From: Hyphomonadaceae bacterium | GTDB lineage: Bacteria; Pseudomonadota; Alphaproteobacteria; Caulobacterales; Hyphomonadaceae | Reading direction: 5' to 3' | Assembly: GCA_030696545.1 (NCBI GenBank) | Contig: JAUYSA010000157.1 | Location: forward strand, 1 to 42,636 | DNA length: 42,636 nt | Part shown: positions 18,070-26,269 of the stretch, in pieces | Position numbering within the stretch: position 1 is the stretch's first letter | Layout: every line of letters starts with the position of its first letter | The notes under the pieces: model-generated | What the model saw: the letters and a program-made list of their open reading frames with translations, nothing else | The model's database searches: none | What the model was told of the DNA's origin: nothing | Position numbers and translations under genes: made by a program

Positions 18070-18582
18070 ATGTTGGACCGGACACCGGGATCCCCCACGG
18101 ATCATATCGGCTATAACGCCCTCACGCAGGCGGCGGCGCGTGGCGTCGTGCGCGCCGTGCTGCAAAACGCGTCGAAAATGGATCGCCTGCCCGGCGACCA
18201 TCATTTCTACGTCACCTTCCGCACACGTATGCAGGGTGTGCAGATGGCTGATCATCTGAAGGATCGCTTCCCTGACGAGATGACGATCGTGATCCAGCAT
18301 CAGTACTGGGACTTTGAAGTCGCTGACGATCATTTCGAGATCATCCTGAAGTTTTCGGGCGTGCCGCAACACATGCGCATCCCGTTTATGGCGGTCAGCC
18401 GCTTCTTTGATCCGTCGGTGAACTTCGGAATGCAGTTCGATACGGATGCTGCAGTTCCCGAGGGGCTGCCCTCGGTTATCGGTGGCGTTAGTGCGGAAAC
18501 ACCCGCAGCCGCGCCGCCCCCGGTGGCGCCCGAGCCCGCCGAAGGCACGGTCGTTTCGCTAGACGCCTTCAGGCGCAAGTGA
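18070..18582 (+). CDS. sspB: ClpXP adaptor SspB (alphaproteobacterial type)
   Basis: ORF 18028..18582. Start placed at ATG 18070 behind GGGAGGG. Motifs PGDHHFYVTFRT, FPDEMTIVIQHQYWDF, FDPSVNFGMQF and C-terminal VVSLDAFRRK match my recollection of Caulobacter SspB-alpha (PDEMTIVLQHQYWD, IVSLDQFRKK). Confidence 0.85.
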   Translation: MLDRTPGSPTDHIGYNALTQAAARGVVRAVLQNASKMDRLPGDHHFYVTFRTRMQGVQMADHLKDRFPDEMTIVIQHQYWDFEVADDHFEIILKFSGVPQHMRIPFMAVSRFFDPSVNFGMQFDTDAAVPEGLPSVIGGVSAETPAAAPPPVAPEPAEGTVVSLDAFRRK

Positions 18583-19043
18583 GCTCCGAAGACAGCAAAG
18601 TCGAACCACCTCGCCTGACGGACGAGGAGATGCTGGCGCGCTTCGCCAGATCCAAAAAGCGGCCCCCCTGCACCGAAACGGTGGGGATGCGTCTGACGCA
18701 TGTTGATCAGGCGAAGATGACCGCTGGCTTTGAGTTCGAGGCGCGGCAAGATTTCGCCAATCCCACGGGGGCGATCCAGGGTGGTTTCATCGCAGCGATG
18801 CTGGATGAAGCGATGAGCACGACAGCGATCATCGCCTCCAACGTCACCATGAACGCTCCAACACTCGAGATGAAAGTGTCTTTCCTGCGCCCGTTGTTCG
18901 TGGGCAAGGCGAGTGCGGAAGCGCGTATCCTGAAATGGGGCAAGGCAACCTGCTTCATCGAAGCTGAGCTTTTCGATCCAGCAGGACAACTTGTGGCCAA
19001 GGCCAGCGCCACCCAGGCGCCCAAACTGTTCAAACGGTTCTAG
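18579..19043 (+). CDS. PaaI-family hotdog-fold thioesterase
   Basis: The GTG start overlaps the sspB stop (GTGA). The pattern ANPTGAIQGGFIAAMLDEAMS...GKATCFIEAELFDPAGQLVAKAS is typical of PaaI/YbgC-like thioesterases. Confidence 0.75.
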   Translation: MSSEDSKVEPPRLTDEEMLARFARSKKRPPCTETVGMRLTHVDQAKMTAGFEFEARQDFANPTGAIQGGFIAAMLDEAMSTTAIIASNVTMNAPTLEMKVSFLRPLFVGKASAEARILKWGKATCFIEAELFDPAGQLVAKASATQAPKLFKRF

Positions 19044-19093
19044 GCCGCCGGGCGCTTCGTTGACTTCGATCGCCTTTGGCGGGAGGGAAGCGC

Positions 19094-19912
19094 GTGAACA
19101 GGACCCCAGAAATCTGCCAGTCGCATTTGGGCGTCGCTCCCTGGATGGACCCGCTCGCTGCTCGCCTGCCCGGTCTGCAGCCGGTGCAACCGGGCGAGTG
19201 GCTTCAGCGCGATGACGCATTTAGCGGCCAGATGGCCTATCGCGATGCCTTGCTTGCCGAGCGCGCGAGCGAGGTTCTGGCCGGGCCAGCCGAACCAGAC
19301 AAGGCCGAAAGCGATCTGCTCGATGCTGTACTCGCGTGGATCGATACTGACCGTGACTATGCGCGCACAGGCGACACGATCGTGCGCCCGGACGGCGTCG
19401 CCATAGCGATCAATGCGAACCGGCCGTTGGTGACAGCAGCGAGGCTTGTGCAGGAGGACATGCTGATCCTGCAGCCCGGCTCCGACGGCTACACGCTGAC
19501 ATCTGGCGTACTGTGCTTCCCCGCGAGCTGGACCCTTGGCCAGAAGGTCGGTCGCGGCATGATGGGCATCCATCAGCCCGTCGATCGCTACGACGAAGGG
19601 ATGGGAAAGCGCGTGGATCGCGTATTCGCCATGCTGCAGCCGGATCAGGCCGTCTGGCGTGCGAACCTGCTCTGCTACAACGATCCGGAGCTGTTCCAGC
19701 CACGGCTGGAGCATGAACGGCGGCCGTTTGATCGCGACAAGCCTGTATGGGTGCGCGTCGAACGCCAGACATTGCGCCGGCTTGGATCAAGCGCTGCGGT
19801 TGTCTTCACCATCCACACCTGGCTGACGCCGATCGATCGCCTCTCGCCAGAGCAGGCCGCAACCTTGCCCGAGGTCGTCCGCAACGGCGGCAGCATGGGC
19901 GAAACCAACTGA
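19094..19912 (+). CDS. DUF3445-domain protein (heme-dependent oxidative N-demethylase-like family)
   Basis: ORF 19076..19912. GTG 19094 behind GGGAGGGA is preferred as the start. Motif VLCFPASWTLGQKVGRGMMGIHQPVDRYDE...WRANLLCYNDPELFQPR. Confidence 0.7.
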   Translation: MNRTPEICQSHLGVAPWMDPLAARLPGLQPVQPGEWLQRDDAFSGQMAYRDALLAERASEVLAGPAEPDKAESDLLDAVLAWIDTDRDYARTGDTIVRPDGVAIAINANRPLVTAARLVQEDMLILQPGSDGYTLTSGVLCFPASWTLGQKVGRGMMGIHQPVDRYDEGMGKRVDRVFAMLQPDQAVWRANLLCYNDPELFQPRLEHERRPFDRDKPVWVRVERQTLRRLGSSAAVVFTIHTWLTPIDRLSPEQAATLPEVVRNGGSMGETN

Positions 19913-20433
19913 TGCCGCAGGCGGCAAAAACCCACATTCTTCCGGACCGGCTCGCGCCTGATCTGAAACTCTGGTTTGTCGGCACGGCGGCAGGGCCACG
20001 CTCGGCGGCCGAGCGCGCTTATTATGCGCATCCGGGCAATCGCTTCTGGCGTGCCGTGCATCAGGCCGGGATAACACCGCGACTGCTCGCGCCACACGAA
20101 TACCCGCTGATGCTCGATCTCGGCATCGGGTTGACGGATTTCTGCAAGGTCAGCTGGGGCGTCGACAGTCAGATCGCGAAGGAACATTTCGACGTCGCCA
20201 GCTTCACCCGGAAAGTGAAGCGGCTGAAACCCCGCGCGCTCGCCTTCACCAGCAAGACCGCCGCCAGCCTCTGGCTCGGCCGCGCCACCGGAAAAATCCA
20301 GCCGGGTCGGCAGTCTTTCGCCGATGCCGGCGAGCCAACGATCTTCGTGCTGCCTTCCCCATCGGGACTTGCGACCTCCTATTGGTCGATCAAGCCCTGG
20401 CGAGAGGTCGGTGTATTCCTCAGCAGCTTGTGA
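19912..20433 (+). CDS. mug: G:T/U mismatch-specific uracil-DNA glycosylase (Mug-like)
   Basis: ATG 19912 overlaps the upstream stop (ATGA-type overlap). Product runs MPQAAKTHILPDRLAPDLKLWFVGTAAGPRSAAERAYYAHPGNRFW...VLPSPSGLA, a UDG family 2 pattern. The N-terminal part of track ORF 19747..20433 is discarded. Confidence 0.8.
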   Translation: MPQAAKTHILPDRLAPDLKLWFVGTAAGPRSAAERAYYAHPGNRFWRAVHQAGITPRLLAPHEYPLMLDLGIGLTDFCKVSWGVDSQIAKEHFDVASFTRKVKRLKPRALAFTSKTAASLWLGRATGKIQPGRQSFADAGEPTIFVLPSPSGLATSYWSIKPWREVGVFLSSL

Positions 20434-20542
20434 GTTCTTGAGAGCGGGGGACGCGGCGTAACCTTCGCCCAAGGATAAAGCGCTCCAAAGGCGCTTTTTC
20501 TTGTGCCTTCCGCAAGCGCTACCGCTGATAGGGATATACCGC

Positions 20543-21184
20543 ATGATGCATTCAGACATCTCGTCAGACGTGGTGGAAGGCGTGCGCGAGAAGGGACACC
20601 TCGACCGCGCGACCATCGTGAGAACCGCCTTGCGCCTGCTGGATGAGGTCGGGATCGACGGGCTGTCGACGCGCCGGCTGGCGGCGGAACTCGGCATCAA
20701 GAGCGCGTCGCTCTATTGGCACTTCAAGGACAAGGGCGAACTGCTCAACGAGATGTCGGGCGTTATGTTCGAGGAATGCCTGCAACTCGGCGACACCAGC
20801 GATCCCGATTTCGACGCGCTTGAATGGCTGGCCGATGGCGCGCGTTCGATCCGCCGCACCGCTCTTTCCCGCCGCGATGGCGCACAAGTCATGGCCCGCC
20901 CTCGGCCACGGGCCCCGAACACCCGCATCCCGTTCGAGGACAATGTGAAGACGCTGATGCGTTCCGGCCTTGCCGACATGGAAGCACGGCTGACGATGCA
21001 GACGCTTCGTCGCTTCGCTATCGGCGCGGCCATGCAGGAGCAGTCCCCCATTGGAGCAGCCGGCATTGTCGGCACGGGCGACGAGAGTTTCGAGTTCGGC
21101 CTCCAAACCTTCATCGATGGGCTCAAGACCCGGATCGCCGATCGCAACACTGTCGCCAAATCCACGAAACGCGCGCGGAACTAG
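20543..21184 (+). CDS. TetR-family transcriptional regulator
   Basis: ORF 20501..21184, start at ATG 20543. The HTH is TALRLLDEVGIDGLSTRRLAAELGIKSASLYWHFKDKGELL. Confidence 0.88.
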   Translation: MMHSDISSDVVEGVREKGHLDRATIVRTALRLLDEVGIDGLSTRRLAAELGIKSASLYWHFKDKGELLNEMSGVMFEECLQLGDTSDPDFDALEWLADGARSIRRTALSRRDGAQVMARPRPRAPNTRIPFEDNVKTLMRSGLADMEARLTMQTLRRFAIGAAMQEQSPIGAAGIVGTGDESFEFGLQTFIDGLKTRIADRNTVAKSTKRARN

Positions 21185-21241
21185 GCTCTTTCTCGCCAAT
21201 TCCGGCACGAAACGACATGCTGCCTCATGCGTTAAGTGGGG

Positions 21242-21964
21242 ATGGCGGAGTGGATCCATCCGAACAGGCATGTTCGCAAGCTTGTCGGCATGGGCATTGT
21301 CACCGTGCTCATGGCGGTATGGGGGTGGTGGCTCTTCAACTGGCTAACGCCCGCGCAGGACAACCCGTTCAAGCCTCTTGAACTCGCCGAACGGCCGGGG
21401 CTTGCCACTGGCTTCAAGCTGGATCGCCTCGCCAAGGACCCGGCGCTGTGCTTCCAGCTGCTGGATGAGGCTGGCGTAAAATACACCCGTGTTGATCGCG
21501 AAGGCCCGCAGCCCCGGTGCGGACTGCACAACGCCCTCACACTCGACCAGTCACTGACCCCTTATTCCAGCACCCTGTCGATGAGCTGCCGTCTCGCGGC
21601 TTCGCTGCACGTCTGGGAGCGCCATGTCGTGATCCCGGCCGCGGAGCGCATTCTGGGCCAGAAGATCGACCGTATCGAAACCATGGGATCTTATTCCTGC
21701 CGGCGGGTGAACAGCGCGAGTGAGGGCCGGTGGAGCCAGCACGCCACGGGCGACGCGGTCGATATCTCTGGCTTCCGGTTGGCCGACGGAACGCGTGTGA
21801 TGATCAAGGACGCCTTCGGCAAGGATACAAGCGAGGGGCGCTTCCTGAAGGAAGTGCGCGACGAGGGCTGCAGGCTTTTCTCAACGACGCTTAGCCCAGA
21901 TTACAACAAACTTCACGCCGACCACCTCCACTTCGACATGGGCTTTTCGACAATCTGCTCGTGA
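21242..21964 (+). CDS. extensin-like C-terminal domain protein
   Basis: N-terminal TM segment. C-terminal part is SYSCRRVNSASEGRWSQHATGDAVDISGFRLADGTRV...YNKLHADHLHFDMG, typical of the Extensin-like_C family. The start is either GTG 21236 or ATG 21242. Confidence 0.75.
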   Translation: MAEWIHPNRHVRKLVGMGIVTVLMAVWGWWLFNWLTPAQDNPFKPLELAERPGLATGFKLDRLAKDPALCFQLLDEAGVKYTRVDREGPQPRCGLHNALTLDQSLTPYSSTLSMSCRLAASLHVWERHVVIPAAERILGQKIDRIETMGSYSCRRVNSASEGRWSQHATGDAVDISGFRLADGTRVMIKDAFGKDTSEGRFLKEVRDEGCRLFSTTLSPDYNKLHADHLHFDMGFSTICS

Positions 21965-22027
21965 GCATTGGCCCGGTGACTGATGCAGCTTCATGACCAC
22001 AGGCTCGGGACATACTATATAGGGAGA

Positions 22028-22729
22028 ATGATCCGCTCGATTGTCATTGCTAGCTTTGTGGCCCTGGCCTCGCCTGCCCTTGCTCAGGTGAGCGAGCCCT
22101 TGCCGCGCTTCGAGGCGCTGGAAAAGCAGCAGCAGATGGTCGAGCAGCGCGAGTTCGACAATCTCGAAACCAACCGCCAGCGTGACATGACACGGTCCGC
22201 TCTGCCCGGGTCGGGCGTCAGCGAGGCGGAGCGCGCGCTTCGCGGATTGCAGTACGACCGCACCCGTGAGGAACGCCTGCTTGAACTCGACCGCGACCGG
22301 CAGCGCGTGCAGCGCGAGCGCGATCTCGCCAACGCGGCCCTGCTGAATGCGCGTATCCCGCCAAACTCCAGTCTGGTTGTGACCGACATCGAGCGCTACA
22401 TCCTGCCGCCTGCGCCGCCGGGAAAATACTATGCCCGCGTCGAGGGACGTTTTGTTCTCGTGGATGAAGCGTCACAGCTCGTGACCAGCATCCTGCCCGT
22501 GCAACCGACTGACCCCACAGCCGATGTGCCGGCGGGACCCCGCCCCTTGCCTGATACAGGCCTGCCCGTCCGCCGCATATCGCCCACATCGGCAAGCGTT
22601 GTTCGCGACTTCCGCGAGCTTTCGCTGCCTGCCCCGCCGCCGGGACAATACTACGCCAGCGTCGATGGCCGGATCGTTCTGGTGGACGGACGAACCGAGC
22701 TGGCGATCAGGGCGATAAACCCCGGCTGA
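22028..22729 (+). CDS. secreted protein with two RcnB-like C-terminal repeats
   Basis: Start placed at ATG 22028 for the signal peptide MIRSIVIASFVALASPALAQ. Two repeats: LPPAPPGKYYARVEGRFVLVDEASQLVTSIL and LPAPPPGQYYASVDGRIVLVDGRTELAIRAI. Confidence 0.65.
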   Translation: MIRSIVIASFVALASPALAQVSEPLPRFEALEKQQQMVEQREFDNLETNRQRDMTRSALPGSGVSEAERALRGLQYDRTREERLLELDRDRQRVQRERDLANAALLNARIPPNSSLVVTDIERYILPPAPPGKYYARVEGRFVLVDEASQLVTSILPVQPTDPTADVPAGPRPLPDTGLPVRRISPTSASVVRDFRELSLPAPPPGQYYASVDGRIVLVDGRTELAIRAINPG

Positions 22730-22815
22730 TCTGGCTCTACAGACCGCCTCTTGCGCAACGCGAAAACCACCCCCACTCTCATCTCCATCGTCAATCAGCG
22801 AAAGGAGGTGATCCA

Positions 22816-22896
22816 ATGTCAGTCATTAAGAGCCGGGGCTTTGCCTTGACCAGCGATCTGTCGTTCGGAGCAACCTTCGTTCGCAGCATCGCCTGA
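22816..22896 (+). CDS. 26-codon small ORF with a near-perfect Shine-Dalgarno sequence
   Basis: AAAGGAGGTGATCC (22801-22814) is complementary to the canonical 16S 3-prime end, 7 nt before ATG 22816. Product is MSVIKSRGFALTSDLSFGATFVRSIA*. A terminator follows at 22971-23011. Confidence 0.45.
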   Translation: MSVIKSRGFALTSDLSFGATFVRSIA

Positions 22897-22970
22897 TCGG
22901 GCTCTGGATCGCCTCCACAACGGGATGGCGATCTATTGAAGCCAAGGGGCCTTGCCCCGCTCAATGACGG

Positions 22971-23011
22971 GAAGGGCCGCCGGCAACGCCGCGCGGCCCT
23001 TCTTGTTTTTT
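22971..23011 (+). terminator. Rho-independent terminator / possible attenuator
   Basis: GAAGGGCCGC (22971-22980), 12-nt loop, GCGGCCCTTC (22993-23002), then TTGTTTTTT (23003-23011). It lies between the small ORF and the amine oxidase start at 23102. Confidence 0.7.
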
Positions 23012-23101
23012 GCCCGCCGGTTTTCGACCGGGCGTCTAATCCCGCGCTTGTTTCCCGAGTCCGGTCTGCCATACATCGTTCCTCATTCCGGGGAGGGATT
23101 G

Positions 23102-24682
23102 ATGGCGCATACCCAGCTGTTCGGGCGTATCCGGCTTGCAATCGCGAGCGCGCGTGCAGCGCTTCCTGACGCACCGCCGCCGGGCCCCCGCGCCATTTCA
23201 CGCCGCTCGATGCTGGCGCTGATGACAGCGGCGGCGGCCTGTACGCCCCGCGAGCAATCGGAGCCGGGCACGCCTGACGCGGTGGCCATTGTCGGCAGCG
23301 GAACGGCTGGACTGGTGACGGCTTGGCGGCTCGCCAATGCGGGCATCGCTTGCGAGATTTTTGAAAGCAGCGGACGCACCGGCGGACGCATGTTCACGCT
23401 GCGCGACTTCACGCCCGAGGGGCAGTTCTGCGAGCTGGGCGGCGAGCTGGTGGATTCGGGCCATGCCGAGCTGATCAAGCTGTGCGAAGAACTGGGCATC
23501 ACCATCCAGCGGCTGCGCCCGGAAGGCAGCGCCGCAAGCGATATCTACGATGTCGGCGGCAAGCCAAGGCTGGCGGGCGACCTGCTTGATCCCGCCGCAC
23601 AGACAGGCGCCTTCCTTCCGGTAGCGGCGCGGATCGCTGCCGATCAGGCCTCCCTGCTCGACGCTGATGACAACTGGACGGCTCGGGCGCTGGAACTCGA
23701 TGCGCTGCCGCTGTCGCAATATCTCGAGAGTCTTGCCAGCTCCACCGAGCGCTGGGTGATCGATCTTCTCGCACTGGCCTATCACGCGGAGTACGGCATT
23801 CCGGTTGACCAGCAATCGTCGCTGAACCTCGTCGACCTCATCGGTACGGAAGCGACGGGCGAATTCGCCATTTTCGGCGACAGCGATGAAGCACATCGCA
23901 TTGCCGGCGGATCGAGCACCCTGCCGGATACGCTGGTCTCGCGTCTGTCAGTCGCTCCGCTGGCGGAGCGCGTGCAGATCAACCTGCGCCACGAGCTTGC
24001 GAACATCGCGTATGAAGGTGACGGCTTCCGTCTGACGTTCAGGAACGAGACCAGGCCGCCGGTCGAACGCAACTTCAAGCGCGTGGTTCTGGCCCTGCCC
24101 TTCACGCGGTTACGCGAAGTAAAAGGACTGGGCGGACTGGGTCTGTCAGCTGACAAGATGAAGGTGATCAACGAGCTCGGCTATGGCGTGAACTCCAAGC
24201 TGATGGTCGGAACCACGTCGCGGCCCTGGACTGGGCAGCTGCTAGGCATCAATTCGCCGCTGACAGGCACGATCTATTCCGACCGCGGATTCCAGGTCGT
24301 GTGGGACACCAGCGCCGGACAGGAAGGCGCGGGCGGCGTGCTGACCAACTTTATCACTGGTGCTGCAGCAAAGACCGAGGAATCTGCCGTGCTGGGCACG
24401 CTTGAGTCTTCGCTCGCATCACTGTCGCCGGATCTGGCGTCGGCGCTGAACACGCGCATCCGGGCGAGCTTCTTCTGGCCGAACCATCCGCACACCAAGG
24501 CGAGTTATGCCGGGCCGCTGGCGGGGCAGTACACCAGCTTCGCGGATCATGCGGCGCGGGCTGAACTCAACAACCGCCTGTTCTTCGCGGGCGAGCACAC
24601 CAGCGCCGGAAGCCAGGGCTTCATGAACGGCGCGGTTGAATCAGGCGAGCGGGTCGCCAGGGAAGTCCTTGCCGCAGGTTAG
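23102..24682 (+). CDS. flavin-containing amine oxidase family protein, Tat-signal
   Basis: ORF 22952..24682. Start placed at ATG 23102 behind GGGGAGGG. Twin-arginine-like SRRSMLALMTAAAAC, dinucleotide-binding AIVGSGTAGLVTAWRL...EIFESSGRTGGR, and C-terminal FFAGEHTS. Confidence 0.85.
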   Translation: MAHTQLFGRIRLAIASARAALPDAPPPGPRAISRRSMLALMTAAAACTPREQSEPGTPDAVAIVGSGTAGLVTAWRLANAGIACEIFESSGRTGGRMFTLRDFTPEGQFCELGGELVDSGHAELIKLCEELGITIQRLRPEGSAASDIYDVGGKPRLAGDLLDPAAQTGAFLPVAARIAADQASLLDADDNWTARALELDALPLSQYLESLASSTERWVIDLLALAYHAEYGIPVDQQSSLNLVDLIGTEATGEFAIFGDSDEAHRIAGGSSTLPDTLVSRLSVAPLAERVQINLRHELANIAYEGDGFRLTFRNETRPPVERNFKRVVLALPFTRLREVKGLGGLGLSADKMKVINELGYGVNSKLMVGTTSRPWTGQLLGINSPLTGTIYSDRGFQVVWDTSAGQEGAGGVLTNFITGAAAKTEESAVLGTLESSLASLSPDLASALNTRIRASFFWPNHPHTKASYAGPLAGQYTSFADHAARAELNNRLFFAGEHTSAGSQGFMNGAVESGERVAREVLAAG

Positions 24683-24741
24683 CCTGGAACGCCGGTGCGG
24701 TTCATGGGTTAGAAACCCGAACCAATATGGGAGCACCTGCC

Positions 24742-24924
24742 ATGAACGCCATCCTTCTCGGCGCCGCCAGCCTCGGGGCTCTGGTCTCGATTTTCACCGC
24801 AGACACGGGCCAAATTGAAGCCGCACAGCGGGGCGAAGATGTGGGTGCGATGGAGCGCACCACGCTGGTCGATACCGGCACGGGTGAAATAACGCAGTTG
24901 AGCGTCATCTCGTTTATCGACTGA
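24742..24924 (+). CDS. hypothetical small protein with N-terminal hydrophobic segment
   Basis: ORF 24727..24924, with ATG 24742 behind GGGAG. Product is MNAILLGAASLGALVSIFTADTGQIEAAQRGEDVG... No recognisable family. Confidence 0.4.
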   Translation: MNAILLGAASLGALVSIFTADTGQIEAAQRGEDVGAMERTTLVDTGTGEITQLSVISFID

Positions 24925-24927
24925 CGC

Positions 24928-24984
24928 TGGTGCGGGAGGTGGGGGTCGAACCCACAAATCCGTTAGGACGACGGATTTTGAGTC
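24928..24984 (-). pseudogene. 3-prime fragment of a disrupted tRNA-Leu(CAA) (anticodon loop to CCA)
   Basis: Minus strand reads GACTCAAAATCCGTCGTCCTAACGGATTTGTGGGTTCGACCCCCACCTCCCGCACCA. That is the anticodon loop, 3-prime anticodon stem, long variable arm, T-arm (GTGGG TTCGACC CCCAC), 3-prime acceptor strand CTCCCGC, discriminator A and CCA. Its 5-prime partner is at 41045-41086. Confidence 0.9.
24973..24984. repeat. attL core (direct repeat GGATTTTGAGTC)
   Basis: The exact 12-mer is repeated at 41045-41056. It corresponds to the anticodon loop (CTCAAAA) plus adjacent stem bases of tRNA-Leu(CAA). Confidence 0.85.
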
Positions 24985-25123
24985 ACAAAATCTGAGTCCT
25001 GCCGACTCCTCCCGAGCCCAAATCGTGGCTTACGACCCTTAGTTTTCAAGACAAAATCTCCTCTGTGCTCCCTCTGGCTCCCGACTGCGGTCGGGCCTGG
25101 AGCTTGGCCTTTGGAGAACTTCA

Positions 25124-26269
25124 GTGACAACGAAAATTACGCAGGCCCTGGTGGACAGGGTGATGGACGAGTGCGCGCCTGGCAAACAGGTCTACGACGA
25201 CCAAGTCTCGGGCCTCCGCATCGTGGTGGGCAAGAAGAGCGCCAGCTTCAAGCTGGTAGGCTTCCTGAACGACGGGACGGGTCGGTACTTCTCCTCGATG
25301 ATCGGGCGCACGGACGAGGTGAGCCTGAAGACCGCAAGGACGCGGGCGATCGACCTAAAGCAGAAAGCCCGGCAAGGCGTCGATCCCCGCAAGCCAAAGT
25401 CGACGGTTCCGACGCTGGACGAGGCGCTTCAACGATATCTCGACAGCCGCGGTGCATCGCTGCAGCCTCGTACTCGCGACTGGTACGCCGAGAAGGTGCA
25501 AGGGCCTCTGTCGAGCCTGCGCAAGCTGCCGGTGGACCGCATCGACCGCGAGCAGGTCCGTGCGCTGCACGAGCGCATAACGAAAAAGAACGGCCCTGCC
25601 TGCGCCAATGGCAGCATGCGCACTCTCAAACTTCTACTCAACGACGTGGCGAGGACGGTGGATTTGCCGGCCAATCCCGTCTCCCGCGCCGTGCGGCTGA
25701 ACGAGGAGCGCCCGCGAGACTGGTCGGTGGCCCCCGACGACATGCCCGAGCTGTGGCGCCGCCTCGACGCCATGAGCGACCGCGTGAGGCGAGCCTGCTG
25801 GCTCCTGATGCTGACGACGGGGCTGAGATGTCATGACGCGCGCAGCATGAAGTGGGCGCATATCGACGCGGACGGTATTGTTACCTTGCCGTCGCCGAAG
25901 GGCGGCCCGTCGAAGGCGTTCAAGCTCCCGCTGCCGCGCCTGTTCCTGCAGGCGCTGGAAGAGGTGCGCGAACTGACGAAGCCTTTCGAGAGCGAGTACG
26001 TCTTCGCCTCGGCCGTGAGCAAGTCAGGGTACATCGAGCAAATGAGGAGGACGGACGAGTTCGGATGGGCGCCGCACGCGATGAGGCACACCTACCGGTG
26101 CTACGCTCTGGAAGCGGGCATCGACTTCCAGACCATCACCCTCCTGATGAACCACGCTAACCCCCACGTCTCGTTCAACTACATCACGCGTCACAACATG
26201 ATCGGGCACATGGCGGAGATGCAGGAGAAGGTCTGCGCGAAGCTTGTGAGCTACCGCCGGTCTGCATGA
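25124..26269 (+). CDS. int: tyrosine site-specific integrase (P4-type N-terminal arm-binding domain)
   Basis: GTG 25124 behind GGAGA. N-terminal DUF4102-like part VYDDQVSGLRIVVGKKSASFKLVGF. Catalytic region LLMLTTGLRCHDARSMKW...HAMRHTYRCYALEAGIDFQTITLLMNHANPHVSFNYI shows the R, HxxR and Y elements. Confidence 0.93.
   Translation: MTTKITQALVDRVMDECAPGKQVYDDQVSGLRIVVGKKSASFKLVGFLNDGTGRYFSSMIGRTDEVSLKTARTRAIDLKQKARQGVDPRKPKSTVPTLDEALQRYLDSRGASLQPRTRDWYAEKVQGPLSSLRKLPVDRIDREQVRALHERITKKNGPACANGSMRTLKLLLNDVARTVDLPANPVSRAVRLNEERPRDWSVAPDDMPELWRRLDAMSDRVRRACWLLMLTTGLRCHDARSMKWAHIDADGIVTLPSPKGGPSKAFKLPLPRLFLQALEEVRELTKPFESEYVFASAVSKSGYIEQMRRTDEFGWAPHAMRHTYRCYALEAGIDFQTITLLMNHANPHVSFNYITRHNMIGHMAEMQEKVCAKLVSYRRSA

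Noticed and set aside
19675-20700. 341-aa minus-strand ORF spanning the DUF3445/mug/TetR region
   Set aside because: It is antisense to three recognisable plus-strand genes and crosses their intergenic gaps, so it is an artefact.
24985-25014. Possibility that the island restores the tRNA at the left junction (CTCCCGA at 25008-25014 mimics the 5-prime acceptor strand)
   Set aside because: On the minus strand, TCGGGAGGAGTCGGCAGGACTCAGATTTTGT precedes the core. Position 1 would mispair with C72, there is no proper D-arm, and TGTGA cannot pair with TCCGT as an anticodon stem. No functional tRNA is regenerated.
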